A DNA stretch of 64,000 bases from Centroscyllium fabricii (lineage: Eukaryota), in the NCBI GenBank assembly GCA_051313645.2, contig JBNRSN020000013.1:50592001-50656000 (forward strand), read 5' to 3'. Positions 12,525-24,620 of the stretch are shown piece after piece. Position numbers and translations under genes: made by a program. The notes under the pieces are model-generated. The model searched no databases. It was not told the DNA's origin and saw only the letters and a program-made list of their open reading frames with translations. Position 1 is the first letter of the stretch, and each line of letters starts with the position of its first letter.

Positions 12525-13682
12525 GTATCTGTATACATGAAATAACTCCGATAAAACTCCCAAAAACAAGAATCCAGACATTAACGGTAATTGATCCAGG
12601 CTGGAATTGTTTCTGACTGGATTTGGACTCAAATTTCAATTTTAAAAACTTTATTGGCATGACAGGATACATCCCTATGTTGCCAAAGTATAAAACATAA
12701 CATACATAGTTAAAATGCATAGATACAGATACAGATACAGGTATACAATGTATGGGCAGATATGCCCCTGTACATATGTATATATATACACACAATACAT
12801 CTGTAACCTTTTATCGGTTGCTACACGTTCGTGCAGACTCGCGGGTTTGTATTTTCAGGGGCTAAACCAATACACCCACAACCACAGCAAATGGACAAAT
12901 GATAGGGCCATCATCTATCGGAGGGTGATAGCTTTCCGGTGCTGCACTCGCCAGTGTCCCCTTTATCAAAGTAATGACCGCCCAGGTTAACATGCAGTGC
13001 TCCCAACACAGCGCTCCACACCCGCCTGTTCCGTTTTCCCATCGTCTTCTACACATTGCTCCACCCAATAGATTTAACAACATTAGCCCCTTGATCGTTG
13101 AAGAAAATGCAGTCTCTATTTTTTGAGAGTCCGTGTGACTAATTCTGCTGGCATGCAGCTTCAGCCCATTGACTGTCAGGACACGGATGCGCCCCGAATT
13201 TTTTTCAAAGCCACTCCAGGACACAGTACAAGTGTAATTATGTGACATAAATGGAACAGTCTTTATGTTCTCAGGTGTGTTATCGACAGGAATGGGGAAA
13301 CATTCATTAACGAGTGTAATCTTTTTGACGACTTTCAATGAATTGTCAATGCAATCGACTTTCCAGATTTAAAAAAAAATCCTTTCCTTTTAAGATTGAA
13401 TTGGGCGCTTTTCTAAATCAAATAATGGCTGTAACGGTTCCTACATTTTTGACAATGTCGCTTGACTTGCTCGATGTTTGCATACTTTGGCCCTTTTTTA
13501 TGGCTCAAGTAAACAGGAAAGCTTGGAGTGCGCCTGTAAATAGCTGCTAGGTTATGTCTAATCCTCATTTAGCACGTTTAATATTTACTGCTGCTGACAT
13601 AAATATTAGCTTTCCAAAACAGGTACTGCGAAACACGGGAGTGTATAAAGTGTCTTTTCACCTCTTTCTGTGTGTTGTACAG

Positions 13683-13728
13683 GGAGGAACTAGCGATGCG
13701 ACTGGATTTAACAGAAGCACGCGTGCAA
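13683..13728 (+). CDS. ARX: ARX exon 3 (46 bp, R-EELAMRLDLTEARVQ)
   Basis: CAG acceptor and GTAAGT donor; restores homeodomain helix 2/3 in frame. Confidence 0.97.
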
Positions 13729-13964
13729 GTAAGTTACAACTGACGTCTGTCGACAGATCGGTGCCCGGCGAATTAACTTTGCTGTTTCCACATAAAGTTG
13801 TAGGGTTTTTTTTCTTAACATAATTTAATACCTACCTTAAAAAAAAAACAAAGTATGCGGGCAGATAGCCCCGGATGTGTAATCGCAGCCCAGTCTGGAG
13901 TGTGCCAGACACAATGTACTGCTCCATGTCAGACTTTCTGTAGATGTGAGTGTGTGCAAATATG

Positions 13965-14640
13965 AATAATGGGAATGCGTTTGCGCCACGGCAACCGGGA
14001 GCATTAAAACAGTGAGCTAGGATTTAATTTCCTTCGCTTTTAGTGAACAAATGTAAGGGCTGCATAAGTGAAGTGCTGTTAAAGTTGATAGGGCCCATAC
14101 CACAGTGCATTTTCTCTCGAAGTCTCATAACCAAAGCGACGATAAACATTATGATTGATGCCTTATTGCGAACACGAGGAACATTAAACATATGTTGGTG
14201 GGTAAAGGCCGAGTAAATCACTTTACAGTTACAATCGAGCGCTGATAAGACCTAATAAATTCCATATGGCTCATTTAATACACAACAGCTTCTTGCATTA
14301 AAGGGGCTAATGATGAGATTCTCCCTCGTGTTGTTGACACATTGTTCTATTGTCAAATACCCAACGTGACAGGCAGCCAGCAATGATTATTTTCCGCTCA
14401 GGCAGTCGTGGGAAAGTTAAATAACTTTTTTTTTTCTCTCCTTCTTTACAAAAGCCCGTTTGGACTCAATAAAACTTGCGAGACATTCTAGTAAAATTAA
14501 TTGTAACGCATTATGTTCATCATTAGTTCACTGTCCCTTTTTTCTCTATTAAGCGCAAACTATCGAAATTATTTAAGGCCAATTTAGTGACGATTACATA
14601 AAATGTGAAGATGCAGTCGGTTACTATTTAAAGCGCCAAC
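13965..14640. promoter_or_regulatory. Candidate conserved enhancer in ARX intron 3
   Basis: Repeat-free block rich in TAAT and GATA motifs; mammalian Arx has a known intronic enhancer. Orthology is inferred, not aligned. Confidence 0.4.
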
Positions 14641-15080
14641 TCGATGACTGAAATCGGCAGTCTGGTGCGGTACCGACACATTCTCTGAGAACTTGCGAGG
14701 GGTGTTTGATGTAATTATATAATTTTTAACCCAACATTTGATCGCTTCACTATTTTTATAGGAATATGTGTGCAGTTGGCGTGGGTTGATGTCTAAATTA
14801 AAAAGAGTGTTAATTTATCTAATGAATGTGTGCGATGGGGGTTTGTGCCTCGCCCACATGATCTGGACATTTGAGATTCTAATAATTCCTGAACATTGAT
14901 ACCTGGTGTCAACAACACCGCAGATTTTTTTTTACATCGCGATATAGAAGTGGTATCACTACAAACATTGAAATCGCGAGTTTTAAAAATGATAAAACTG
15001 TTATAAAGGTGTATTGTTCCATTGTAATTATTGCTGAACTTTGATTTGACAGTTATTTTGTGCACACTAGCCTTCAGTGT

Positions 15081-15311
15081 CATTTGTGTAGCTGGATGTG
15101 ATTTCATATTTTGTGTAGCTGGATGTGATTTCACATTGTGTGTGAAAGTGATTTCACATTTTGTGTAGCTGGATGTGATTTCACATTTTGTGTGAAAGTG
15201 ATTTCACATTTTGTGTAGCTGGATGTGATTTCACATTTTGTGTGAAAGTGATTTCACATTTTGTGTAGCTGGATGTGATTTCACATTTTGTGTGAAAGTG
15301 ATTTCACATTT
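15081..15311. repeat. Compound minisatellite with 50-bp period (27+23-bp subunits)
   Basis: GGATGTGATT recurs at 15121/15171/15221/15271. Confidence 0.95.
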
Positions 15312-15404
15312 CCTGCGCACTTTTTTTTCGTTTATTTCTTTCGACAAGAGTTTTGGAAAGTTTTTTTTTAATTGTTTAATTTGAATTTGATTTTTTTTTT
15401 GCAG

Positions 15405-15736
15405 GTTTGGTTTCAGAACCGCAGAGCCAAGTGGCGGAAGCGAGAGAAAGCCGGAGCCCAGAGCCACCCAGGCGGCCTGCCCTTCGCCAGTCCCCTGGGA
15501 GCGGGCCACCCGCTGGGCCCTTACCTGGACGGCAGTCCCTTCGGACACCACCCGAGCCTCGAGTCCGCCTGGTCGGCCGCCGCTGCTGCCGCCGCCGCCG
15601 CCGCTGCCGCCTTCCCCGGGCTGCCACCTCCACCAGGCACCGCGGCTCTGTCCCCCAGCGGGGCCCCGCTAGGCCTCGGCACCTTCCTGGGAGCGGCCAT
15701 GTTCAGACATCCTTTCATCACACCGCACTTCGGCAG
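15405..15736 (+). CDS. ARX: ARX exon 4 ([15 protein letters not shown]..., 12-Ala tract)
   Basis: Poly-T/GCAG acceptor; Q50 homeodomain helix 3; donor GTAAGA at 15737, phase 2. Confidence 0.97.
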
Positions 15737-18700
15737 GTAAGAGCTTCGGCCAGAGCCCCTCCCGCCCCCTCCTCCAGGAGCTGCTGCCGCAGGACAAGCA
15801 GGAGTACAAGAGAACCAGACTCACTCAGTCAGCAGACACAGTCAACAAGGGAAAGAAAACAAGGCAACTCATTCACAACCATCAGCTAAAACTCAACTGT
15901 AAAGGAACAAGCTACAAACCAACAGCAAACAGAATAGGCTAATCCCCAAATTGTAAATAAATATTTTAAAACATAATAGCAACAGTAACATACCTAAAAT
16001 GTTAAAAGTCAACAAGGTAATAGGGAAAACTGAGCTCAATCCGTGTAATAACTAACCTCACAGGAAATGTAACAACAAATTCAGCCACAGACTGTCTTCA
16101 AAATCCACTGCCTATTTAACAGCAGCCAGTCCGGTACCAAAAACAGCACACTAAACAATCGTTTAGTAACATCATCAATGAGGGTAAAAATATTTTATAA
16201 CAAACCGCAAAAATAGCCAAACAACTGCGAGCAGTGTGTGTGTGTGAGTGTGTGTGAAGGGGAGAAATCAAGCACATTTTTCAAACACCCGTGATAATTA
16301 AGACATCCCAATGACTTATGGTACATATGAAACAACTAAATGGCAAGGGCTACGGCGAGAAGCCACAGCAGTTATTGCAAACCCCAGATCTACCTGTGCG
16401 GGGGAATGCTGCAAAAACTCCGAGTTACACATGGGGAGCCTGGCACCAAGACAGCAGTTTACCTCATGCCACAGTATTTCTGGAGGTATTTCTCAAATGG
16501 AAAGCACGGCTTGGGAATAGATCGGAGCAGACCAGATTTTTATTCGAAAACTACTTTTATTCTACAGTTCATGCGTAGAATAGCAACGCGTTCGACATCA
16601 CAAAACAAAGTTAGAAATTCTGTCCTTTCCAGCAACATGTCCTTTCTCATACATTTGCTTTGAACTATTCGAATACTGTTTCTTCATTAGCTGTCAGTGT
16701 AAGGCATAAGCATTTAGATCGTGGGATTTATCCCTATCTTATCAGAGCGTTGTGTTTTGATTTTGAACGAGTTGTTCACTTAATGTCGGGTTCAGCAAAA
16801 TGAAGAAATCTGGAAGGTTGACTCGTTATTGATTTCTATAAAGTGAAGCTGACAAGTGGCGGCCCGGTAACGATGGACTGAGGAGGGGCGGGAGAAAGAA
16901 GCGGGGGAATAAAACAACTCTGATCATTCCAACTATGTTTGTTTTACCTTCCAAGATTTCTAATTTGGTCGCTTACCCTGACGTGAAAGTTATTTGGCAT
17001 GGCCGCCCGAAATAATGTGCTTGAAAAGTTATTCAGCGCGGCATAATTTTATGTCAGCCGCACCATTTCCAAACGCACACAAATCCGTTGCAGCTTGTTT
17101 GGGACACAGGTCGTGTAGAGCGTGAAGGGGAAAGCAGTACTGTAGCAATGCGCAAGAACCCACCGACATATTCCGAAGATCCCACTACTTACTATTATAT
17201 CAGACATATGTGTAATGTTTGAGTCGTTTATTCTTACAAAAGTTCTGGGGTGTAATCTCTACCCTGCACCTTGCTCCCATGCCCAGCTGCACAGGTGCCT
17301 GACTATCCCCCACTATTTCGGAGTTTCAATTTTTTCCCCCGTCAGCCAGGAATCTGGCATGGCAGAAACCCATCGCCACGTTTAAGCGTTTCCAAACCAA
17401 ATGAGTCGTTTCCATTTGCCTAATATGGAGTGCACATTCTCTCCACTTCAGGACCCCTCCCCTCACTTATCTAAGTCCAAAGAATTTAGGACAGGTTGGC
17501 AGAAGCCAAGGCTTGGACAATCATAATTGTGCATAAGGGTTTACCAATCTAAAACGACATGACTTACCGGTATCCCAGTGGAACCAACCCCAACCCACCG
17601 TGACAGCCCAATTCCTGAAGGTTCCGCTAATGAGCAGGTTTGGCTGACTGATCATCAACAGCGCCGTGGACGGCAGTGGACCTGGCTGGCCAGAGTATTG
17701 GATTACCAAGTCTGCCACAGGGAAGTGACTGGGCTCCAATCTCCCTCCCCACACGTGTGGACTTGGACCCAACTCAAAGTCAATGAGACTCTGCCCATTG
17801 CCTTCCACCCCCTAGTCAAAGTGTTGGTCAAACATTGGATTGAGCTGCTGTCAGGTGGATAGCAGCTATTCTCCAGCAGTATGGTGAGCAGCGCAACTCA
17901 ACATAAAATGTCTTGAGTTCGTCCTTACCAGCCGACTGACGGCAGCATGAAAACCCACCACCCCCCATTGGCTCTGCCAGCTGAGGGGTGCGGAGCTTCA
18001 AGGTAGGCCCCAAGCCATGGTTACATATGTGTGCTCACACACCTGCCTTCCAGCACCTGTCATTCCGAGCCTCATCCTTCCTCAACAGCCATGTCAGAAC
18101 ATCTACCTTCACCGCGGTCGAAGGACCGCCTGGGTTGTGCTCAACACTGCGGTATTTTAGACATCCAAGTCCAATACGTAACAGTAATTGAGGGAAGTCA
18201 CAATAAACACAAGTTTCAAGCGGAGAGAGCGGGGGGCGGTAAATCCATCGAGTATGTTCACCAAAGAAACTTTACAAATTATGCATGTTATTCTTGATTT
18301 TATTAAAACGTCCTTTTATATTATTCATAAAGTAGCTTATCTGGTTTCAATAAATCATTCAGATATGAACTATAAAGTACTAATTATTTCAGTCAAGTTG
18401 GAAAACTATTAGCAGCGTGTGCTGAAAGTTGTCCCTTGTTTTTGGAATAACATCTATTGCGCAAGAAGGCAAGAGGATGGTTGGTTGGTCCGCTGTCAGC
18501 AGGAACGGACAGAATGTGTACATTTTAACACTCCCAAATACGTATGTTTACTCAGGCAAAACACGGGCTAATTTCGCAATGCCTTGTTCCCTCGGCAATG
18601 CTTATGGTGGAGGTCATGGTGGCTGTTAAACATGATTCGTCGAGTAACGTAACAACAACTTGTGATCAATTAAAAAACTGTAGCGTGTGGTCCAAAGTTG

Positions 18701-19419
18701 TGACAGTTCAGCCAGCTCGACTAATATGAAGAGGGACAGCATTTCAGAACCCTGGCTGAAAGATGTCACGGTACATTTGTCGTGTCGAGCTCTGTGCCAA
18801 ATGCTCGGGGTGTGTGCAAGAAATTCCGAATGGGTCTCATTGACTCCTATCTCTGGCCGTTGATGCGGCGGCAGTGAGTCGTGAGCAATTCTGTACATTA
18901 TACGATAGCCCAACGTTATTCCACGCTAGCACAACATCTAAATACAAAATAGCGGTAACGCTGGCGGGGATTGTGACGGATTATCAACTTTTACGCCCGG
19001 ACTTCAGACAGCACCAAACTGTAGTTGTCCAAGTAATATTGCTGTTCAGTTGTGATCTATCAGTATCCCTGCAGTATTAATGCTAGCAGTCGTACAACTT
19101 CATTACACGCAAAGTTTACAGACTGACAACACAGGCAAACTCGAGCGACGAACTGATACTTTTAAAGCAAATTCTTACCCCATTTGTAACCAACCCTGCT
19201 TTCTCGTTCCATAGTAATTAATTATAGTCAGACCTGTGATATGCAAGTCTGGTTATATGTGAGTCCTGTGCTACTTGACGCAATGCGTAGGTCAATATTG
19301 CCCTGAATAATTCAGCTGTTCTACTCAGTAGTATCCCTCCAATCACCAAACTAGCTGATCACATTTGATTTTAAAACGCTTTCCCGTATTATAATGTCGA
19401 AAATCCTTGTCTGTTGCAG

Positions 19420-19657
19420 GCTCTTCTCGACAGTAGCTCCGCTGACAGGCGCCTCTGGCCCTGCCCTGCTGAGACAGTCGGCCCCGGGGGTAGAAGGGGG
19501 AGTGCAAGCCGGCGCCCTCTCAGACCCGGCGGTAGCAGCAGCAGACAGACGAGCGTCCAGTATCGCAGCACTCAGACTCAAAGCCAAGGAACATGCCGCC
19601 CAACTCACACAACTCAACATCCTCCCCGCACCCTCCACCGGCAAGGAAGTGTGCTGA
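19420..19657 (+). CDS. ARX: ARX exon 5 (OAR/aristaless domain [16 protein letters not shown]...GKEVC*)
   Basis: TGCAG acceptor, OAR motif, TGA stop. Exons total 187+559+46+332+238=1362 nt, i.e. 453 aa. Confidence 0.97.
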
Positions 19658-20586
19658 GTACATAGCAAGGAGCTTGGGGTGTGTGCAAGGAACATGTTGC
19701 TGATCAAGACCAAATTCAAAAAGAGGACCAGTGACTCCGCGTGGATTGGGTTCTCAGACTGTGCATGCCCGTAGAGTCAGTATCCCTTTCATCACATCAA
19801 CAGGACACACTTAAAAACAGCAAAACTAAAAAAAACAATGACACTCTCTACATATAAGATTTGTGACGTCCCTACCATTCATATTTCTCTATGAGAGAGG
19901 GAGGGACAAAGTAAGAGTGGAGCCTTATTAAGAATATACCTGATGTGACCACTGAGACAAACTTTCTTTAACACAGTAGAGTTGGATCTAATCAGGGCAG
20001 TTTTGAAAAAAGGATGAAATGTATTCATAACACACGCATGTAGATTTGCCGATTGATAGTTTCCTATTTCTAGTCTTGGTGGCCCGATATAAGAGATACT
20101 GTTTCTGAATGAAATAAGTTTGACTTTCTGCGGCGGACCAGTTCTATAGCACACATGTGGATAAACGCGTTGGTTACGTCTGGATTTTTTTGATATATAC
20201 GTCAGTGTAGCCAACCAGCGGTTCGCCACTAAACCAAAGGAACAAAATACTGCCAATCCGAGTGGACTGCTTGTGTCACTAAACTGTGATTGATTTCTGT
20301 ACATAATGGTCGTTCTTCAGAATTTCCAAGGAAAATAATTGTACATTTAAAAAAAAAATGAAAATTTGCACTCAGCGTGTTGTGAAAGTTTATTCTCTAG
20401 AATTACCCGACAGTTCTTATACAGTGTTGTGGATGTATTAGGTTCGTAGAGTAATTATTTATGGACAAGCATTTTATTTAACTTATTAACTATAGAGGTT
20501 TCGAAAACCTTATAAAAAGCAAGTTGCTATATTACGTGTACTGTTGTAACTTCTTGATATGGGCGAGAAGAGTGGCGACACTCTAA

Positions 20587-20592
20587 AATAAA
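20587..20592 (+). terminator. ARX: Likely ARX polyadenylation signal
   Basis: AATAAA about 930 nt after the stop, following an AU-rich 3'UTR. Confidence 0.6.
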
Positions 20593-21769
20593 ATGTTATG
20601 CTTAACAAGCTAATTGGAGAAAGCGCTTATTCTAAACCCCGAGTATTTTTTTAAAGATTATTGAGCGTTTATCAACCGCAGACAAACGTCCGATTTGCCA
20701 GTACAGTGCCATCTACGCAAAATTACAACCAGAAATAACTCTTTGTCAGGTCCCAGTTTTGTTTCCGGCCCAGTATAGGTGTAGTCAGATTCTAAACATT
20801 GATTTGCCAGCCCCATCCACCGTATACGGTCGGACCGTGGCGTGTTTGTGTCTTTGGCGGTAAAGTGACACAAACTCTACAACAGGAAGGCCTTTCCAAC
20901 CAGCCACTCCTCCCTTTCAGGTTAGCATTCATTCACAAATCACGCTTGCATGTGTGTGTGTACGTGCTGGCTAATTTCAAAGTGCGACAGTTAATAAGCA
21001 CAACATTACGACGCAATTGAAATATCCCTCTTGTTAATTTAGAGGAAAAATAATTGTAACAAAACAACAAATATTCAACTGGAGCGCACTGTTCTTCAGA
21101 CCCAGATTCCAACTGGGGCTATTGCAGCAATACTGGGACTTTCTCAACAATGACAAGTAATCCCTACACTGGGTTAGGATTACTTAAACCTTGTTGGCGC
21201 ATTCCTCCAACACTATTGTTTAATGAATATTGGCAGAATGCTGCCAGGAATATTCACTGTCTTATGTGCTGACACGACCAATAACGTTGATGTCCCATAA
21301 ACCGCATGAACTTTATTCAGCGGGACCGGTGTAAGCAAAAAGGGGGAGTTTTATTTTGTCTATCATTTCGAGTATCTGAATACATCCTTGATAGATGACG
21401 TTAAATATCCCTTTGAAATGAGAACATTGACCAACCCCCCCTCCCCCCATAAACTGCTGTCAGCTTGTTGGGGTTGCTTTGCTGCCCTATATTTCTGTAT
21501 CTGTGATACTGAGTCTCCTAGGTTACTGGACCATGGTGGTTAACGATTTTGCCATGACGCGCCTTGGTGACGGTGCCTCTATTTACCGCCTTCTGCGTTG
21601 GTTGACAATCGGCGCCGACTTGTCCAATTAGCAGCCAACCCAGACCCAAGTAATGCGAGTTCCGCCGAGGGGTGAGCTGGCACTGGGCCGCTTCAATGGA
21701 TGATTCGATGGGTTAGGTTGACAGGGTAATCTGCTTCCTGGAGTGGAGGCTCTGCAGAATGTGGCCACG

Positions 21770-22030
21770 CGAATTCAACTCATCTTACCAATGGTCTACT
21801 GCAAGTACAAACAACACCAATATTAAAACCCACCGACATCATATTGCAAATAACACGATACGGCATAGTCCAAGCACTAATCCACCGCGAAAGCTTCATC
21901 TTCGAGTATGTGAGGCTAAAATACAAGAGTATAAAGTTTAAAAACAAAATAAGCGCTCTGGTGAATGATAAAGCGGTAACTCCTGACGTTGACACAGATA
22001 ATCAACTTATATTACAGCCTTTAGAAAAGA
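21770..22030. promoter_or_regulatory. Candidate conserved element 3' of ARX
   Basis: Unique, repeat-free block where mammalian ARX 3' enhancers lie; inference. Confidence 0.35.
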
Positions 22031-22049
22031 AGATCTAACAATTTGGTAA

Positions 22050-23030
22050 CGGCAGAAAACGCTGGGAATACTCAGCAGGCCAGGTGGAGAGAGAAATAAT
22101 GTTAACGTTTCAGGTCGATGACCCTTCGCTGATCTTTCCTTTGTTGTTTCAGCCCCCACCCCCCTTTCCCCAGCCCCTGCAAGCTTTAAAATCTACCCCC
22201 CCCCCCCCCACCCCCACTTTCCCGGCTGCTCCAGTTCTGAAGAAAGGTCTTTGACCTGAAACGTTAACTCTGTTTCTCTCCACCGATGCTGCCTGGCCTG
22301 CTGAGTTTCTCCAGCGTTTTCTGTCGTTATTTCGGATTTCCAGCATCCGCAGTATTTTACTGTCACAATTTGATTACGGCGTTAAACTGGCAAAATACAG
22401 TCTCTGAATTCTGTGCTAACCAGGTATTACCCCGCCCCCTTCCCCGCTTAGATTTTAACAGTACACTTCAACGAAAGTGTTCACCGCTAGTGTTGCTAAA
22501 TTAATTTACCCCCAATTTCAATAATTTCGTGATTTTTATTCAATAACGGGAGTGTAAATGCTGTTAAAATATTTTCCTTTGGATGTAACCATTATACCAA
22601 ACAGACCAGACACCGAAAAATGGCAATGCGAGTAAAAAGCCTACAATTTCTGAAGTAGGTACGACTGCATATCTTGAAAACCCTTTACTGTTCCCGATTC
22701 TAAATATCACAGACACCTGAGTTCTGATGCCTGGATCGACCGATTCTAGTTATGTTGTACTCAGTTCATTAAGAGTTTTTGATCAGGTAACCTGTCCAAC
22801 ACCAGATAACAAAATACTACAGGTGCTGGAAATCCGAAATAACAAACAGAAAACGCTGGGAATACTCAGCAGGTCAGACAGCGTCGGTGGAGAAAGAAAT
22901 TGAGTCGACGTTTCGGGTCGGGACCCTTTATCGAGACAGCTTTGATAAAGTCTTGATAAAGGGTCCCGACCCGAAACATTGACTCTATTTCTCTGCCTGG
23001 CCTGCTGAGTATTTCCAGCGTTTTCTGTTG
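22050..23030. mobile_element. Penelope-like repeat fragments (second family) in inverted pairs, with hammerhead-like CTGAAGA..GAAACGTT at about 22237-22266
   Basis: CAGAAAACGCTGGGAATACTCAGCAGG and its reverse complement recur here and at 9285-9402. Confidence 0.6.
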
Positions 23031-23099
23031 TTAACACGAGATACCGTCTAATGGGGTGACATACACTCTGATAAAGTGGTTGTCATCATACCAGGACCT

Positions 23100-23620
23100 G
23101 CGCCATTATTTCAGTTAATGAACGCTTTTTAAAGTCATTTTTTTCTCATTTGACCCCACTCTATGGTACTAAATCAGATTGCGTGAAATTACCTGCCGGA
23201 TTAAAGTTCTTATGATCGAATGAAAGCAGCTCCCTCTCCCTCGCCTCGCTTTACAACTAATCTCACCTCACAGTGATGGTGCAAACATGGAGATCTCAGA
23301 CTATTCTTTCATGTTTCGCAGCTGGTAAAGCAACCATTCTTTGCTAAATATTCACCATAAATATCACACGTTAACGGCCGATGACTCCCATCAAGTCTAT
23401 ATTAAACATTTGACATGTCACGCATGATAAACTCTGAGTGTCTTTGAAAAAAAAAGGCATTAGCAAAGAAACCAATTTCTCCTCATCTAAACCTCCCCAA
23501 GTGTTGAATGATTCCGTTTGAAAGAGGCAGTGAAGCGTATTTAGAGGGTTTTATGAGATTTTCCAGAATGATTTAATCTTATTGTGAACATTATTAATGA
23601 ATAGCAACCCAATTTGGCCC
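23100..23620. promoter_or_regulatory. Candidate ultraconserved-type enhancer between ARX and POLA1
   Basis: TE-free, motif-dense block at a syntenic position; inference. Confidence 0.45.
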
Positions 23621-24329
23621 TAATATCTGGGAATTCTTGCTACAAAACACGACGACTGTGACCCCCAACCTTAAGCAAACCTCCCCGGTGTTTTGTACTG
23701 CCTTCAGCCTCCAGTAACTCTCTAACGCGGCATTGCACGGGAGCCAGTTTTCAGCACGATCACACAAATCCAACTCTCCCCCCATTCACTGCCAAGCTTC
23801 CCACCATCTGTTCCCAAAACCAGCTTCCAGATTTGGAAATATTTCAAGGAGCGTGACGACAAGTAGTATATATAAACGTGTACATTTGCATGCATGTGTA
23901 TAGCTAGAAAATACTGTTGTATATATGTATACATGTAAAAATTGTATTGGTTAATGTGGGAAGGAATATATGATTCAGATACAAGTTAGTTTTTTTATGC
24001 GCAGACCTCTTCAAAACAAAATCTTAAAAGTTTAACATATGGATGAATAATATATTGTATGTATTGATGAACTCATGTATGAATAATGTACGTATAGTGA
24101 AAACGCATTTAAGTGTTGTCTTGTTTTGCATCTTTCTATCCTTACCTTTAGACACAACACAATAAAATATATTTTAAACCTCAGGTTAATTTTGCAGTAT
24201 AGTCTCTCAAATGCCAAATATGCGTGTTCCATTTAACTGTTTTAACGCACGTACAAAACTCAGTCTTTTTTTTTGGGGAGGGGGGTAAAGGTTCTGCCGC
24301 CTTTGGAACTGTTGAAGTTGTGAAAGAAA

Positions 24330-24620
24330 GCTTGAAGAAAGCAGCATTGGAAACTGGTAGCACGATCTCCTTCGGATCCACTAATTCCCATCTCTGTGCT
24401 CTCATCCAATTAGTGCCGTGTATTAAGCGGTTTATCATCTCATACTCAGCTGTACAAAGAAACAAGGCGAACACTTTGCAATAGACTCTGTTCTCCTTTT
24501 ACACCCTCAGGTACTTACATATTCTAGTGTGCTATGAATAATAGGGGAATAATAGGGTGTTAATTCCCTCATCAAAGGATGCCTTGTCTGCGCTTTGGTG
24601 AAAACACTATTCCGATAAAA
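24330..24620. promoter_or_regulatory. Candidate ultraconserved-type enhancer between ARX and POLA1
   Basis: TE-free block with CTAATT/CAATTA (Dlx-type) cores; inference. Confidence 0.45.

Noticed and set aside
15376-15889. Alternative-frame and antisense ORFs over ARX exon 4 (likewise exon 5)
   Set aside because: Expected by-product of GC-rich coding sequence.
17521-18297. ORF cluster in ARX intron 4
   Set aside because: No motifs, splice logic or homology; consistent with chance ORFs.
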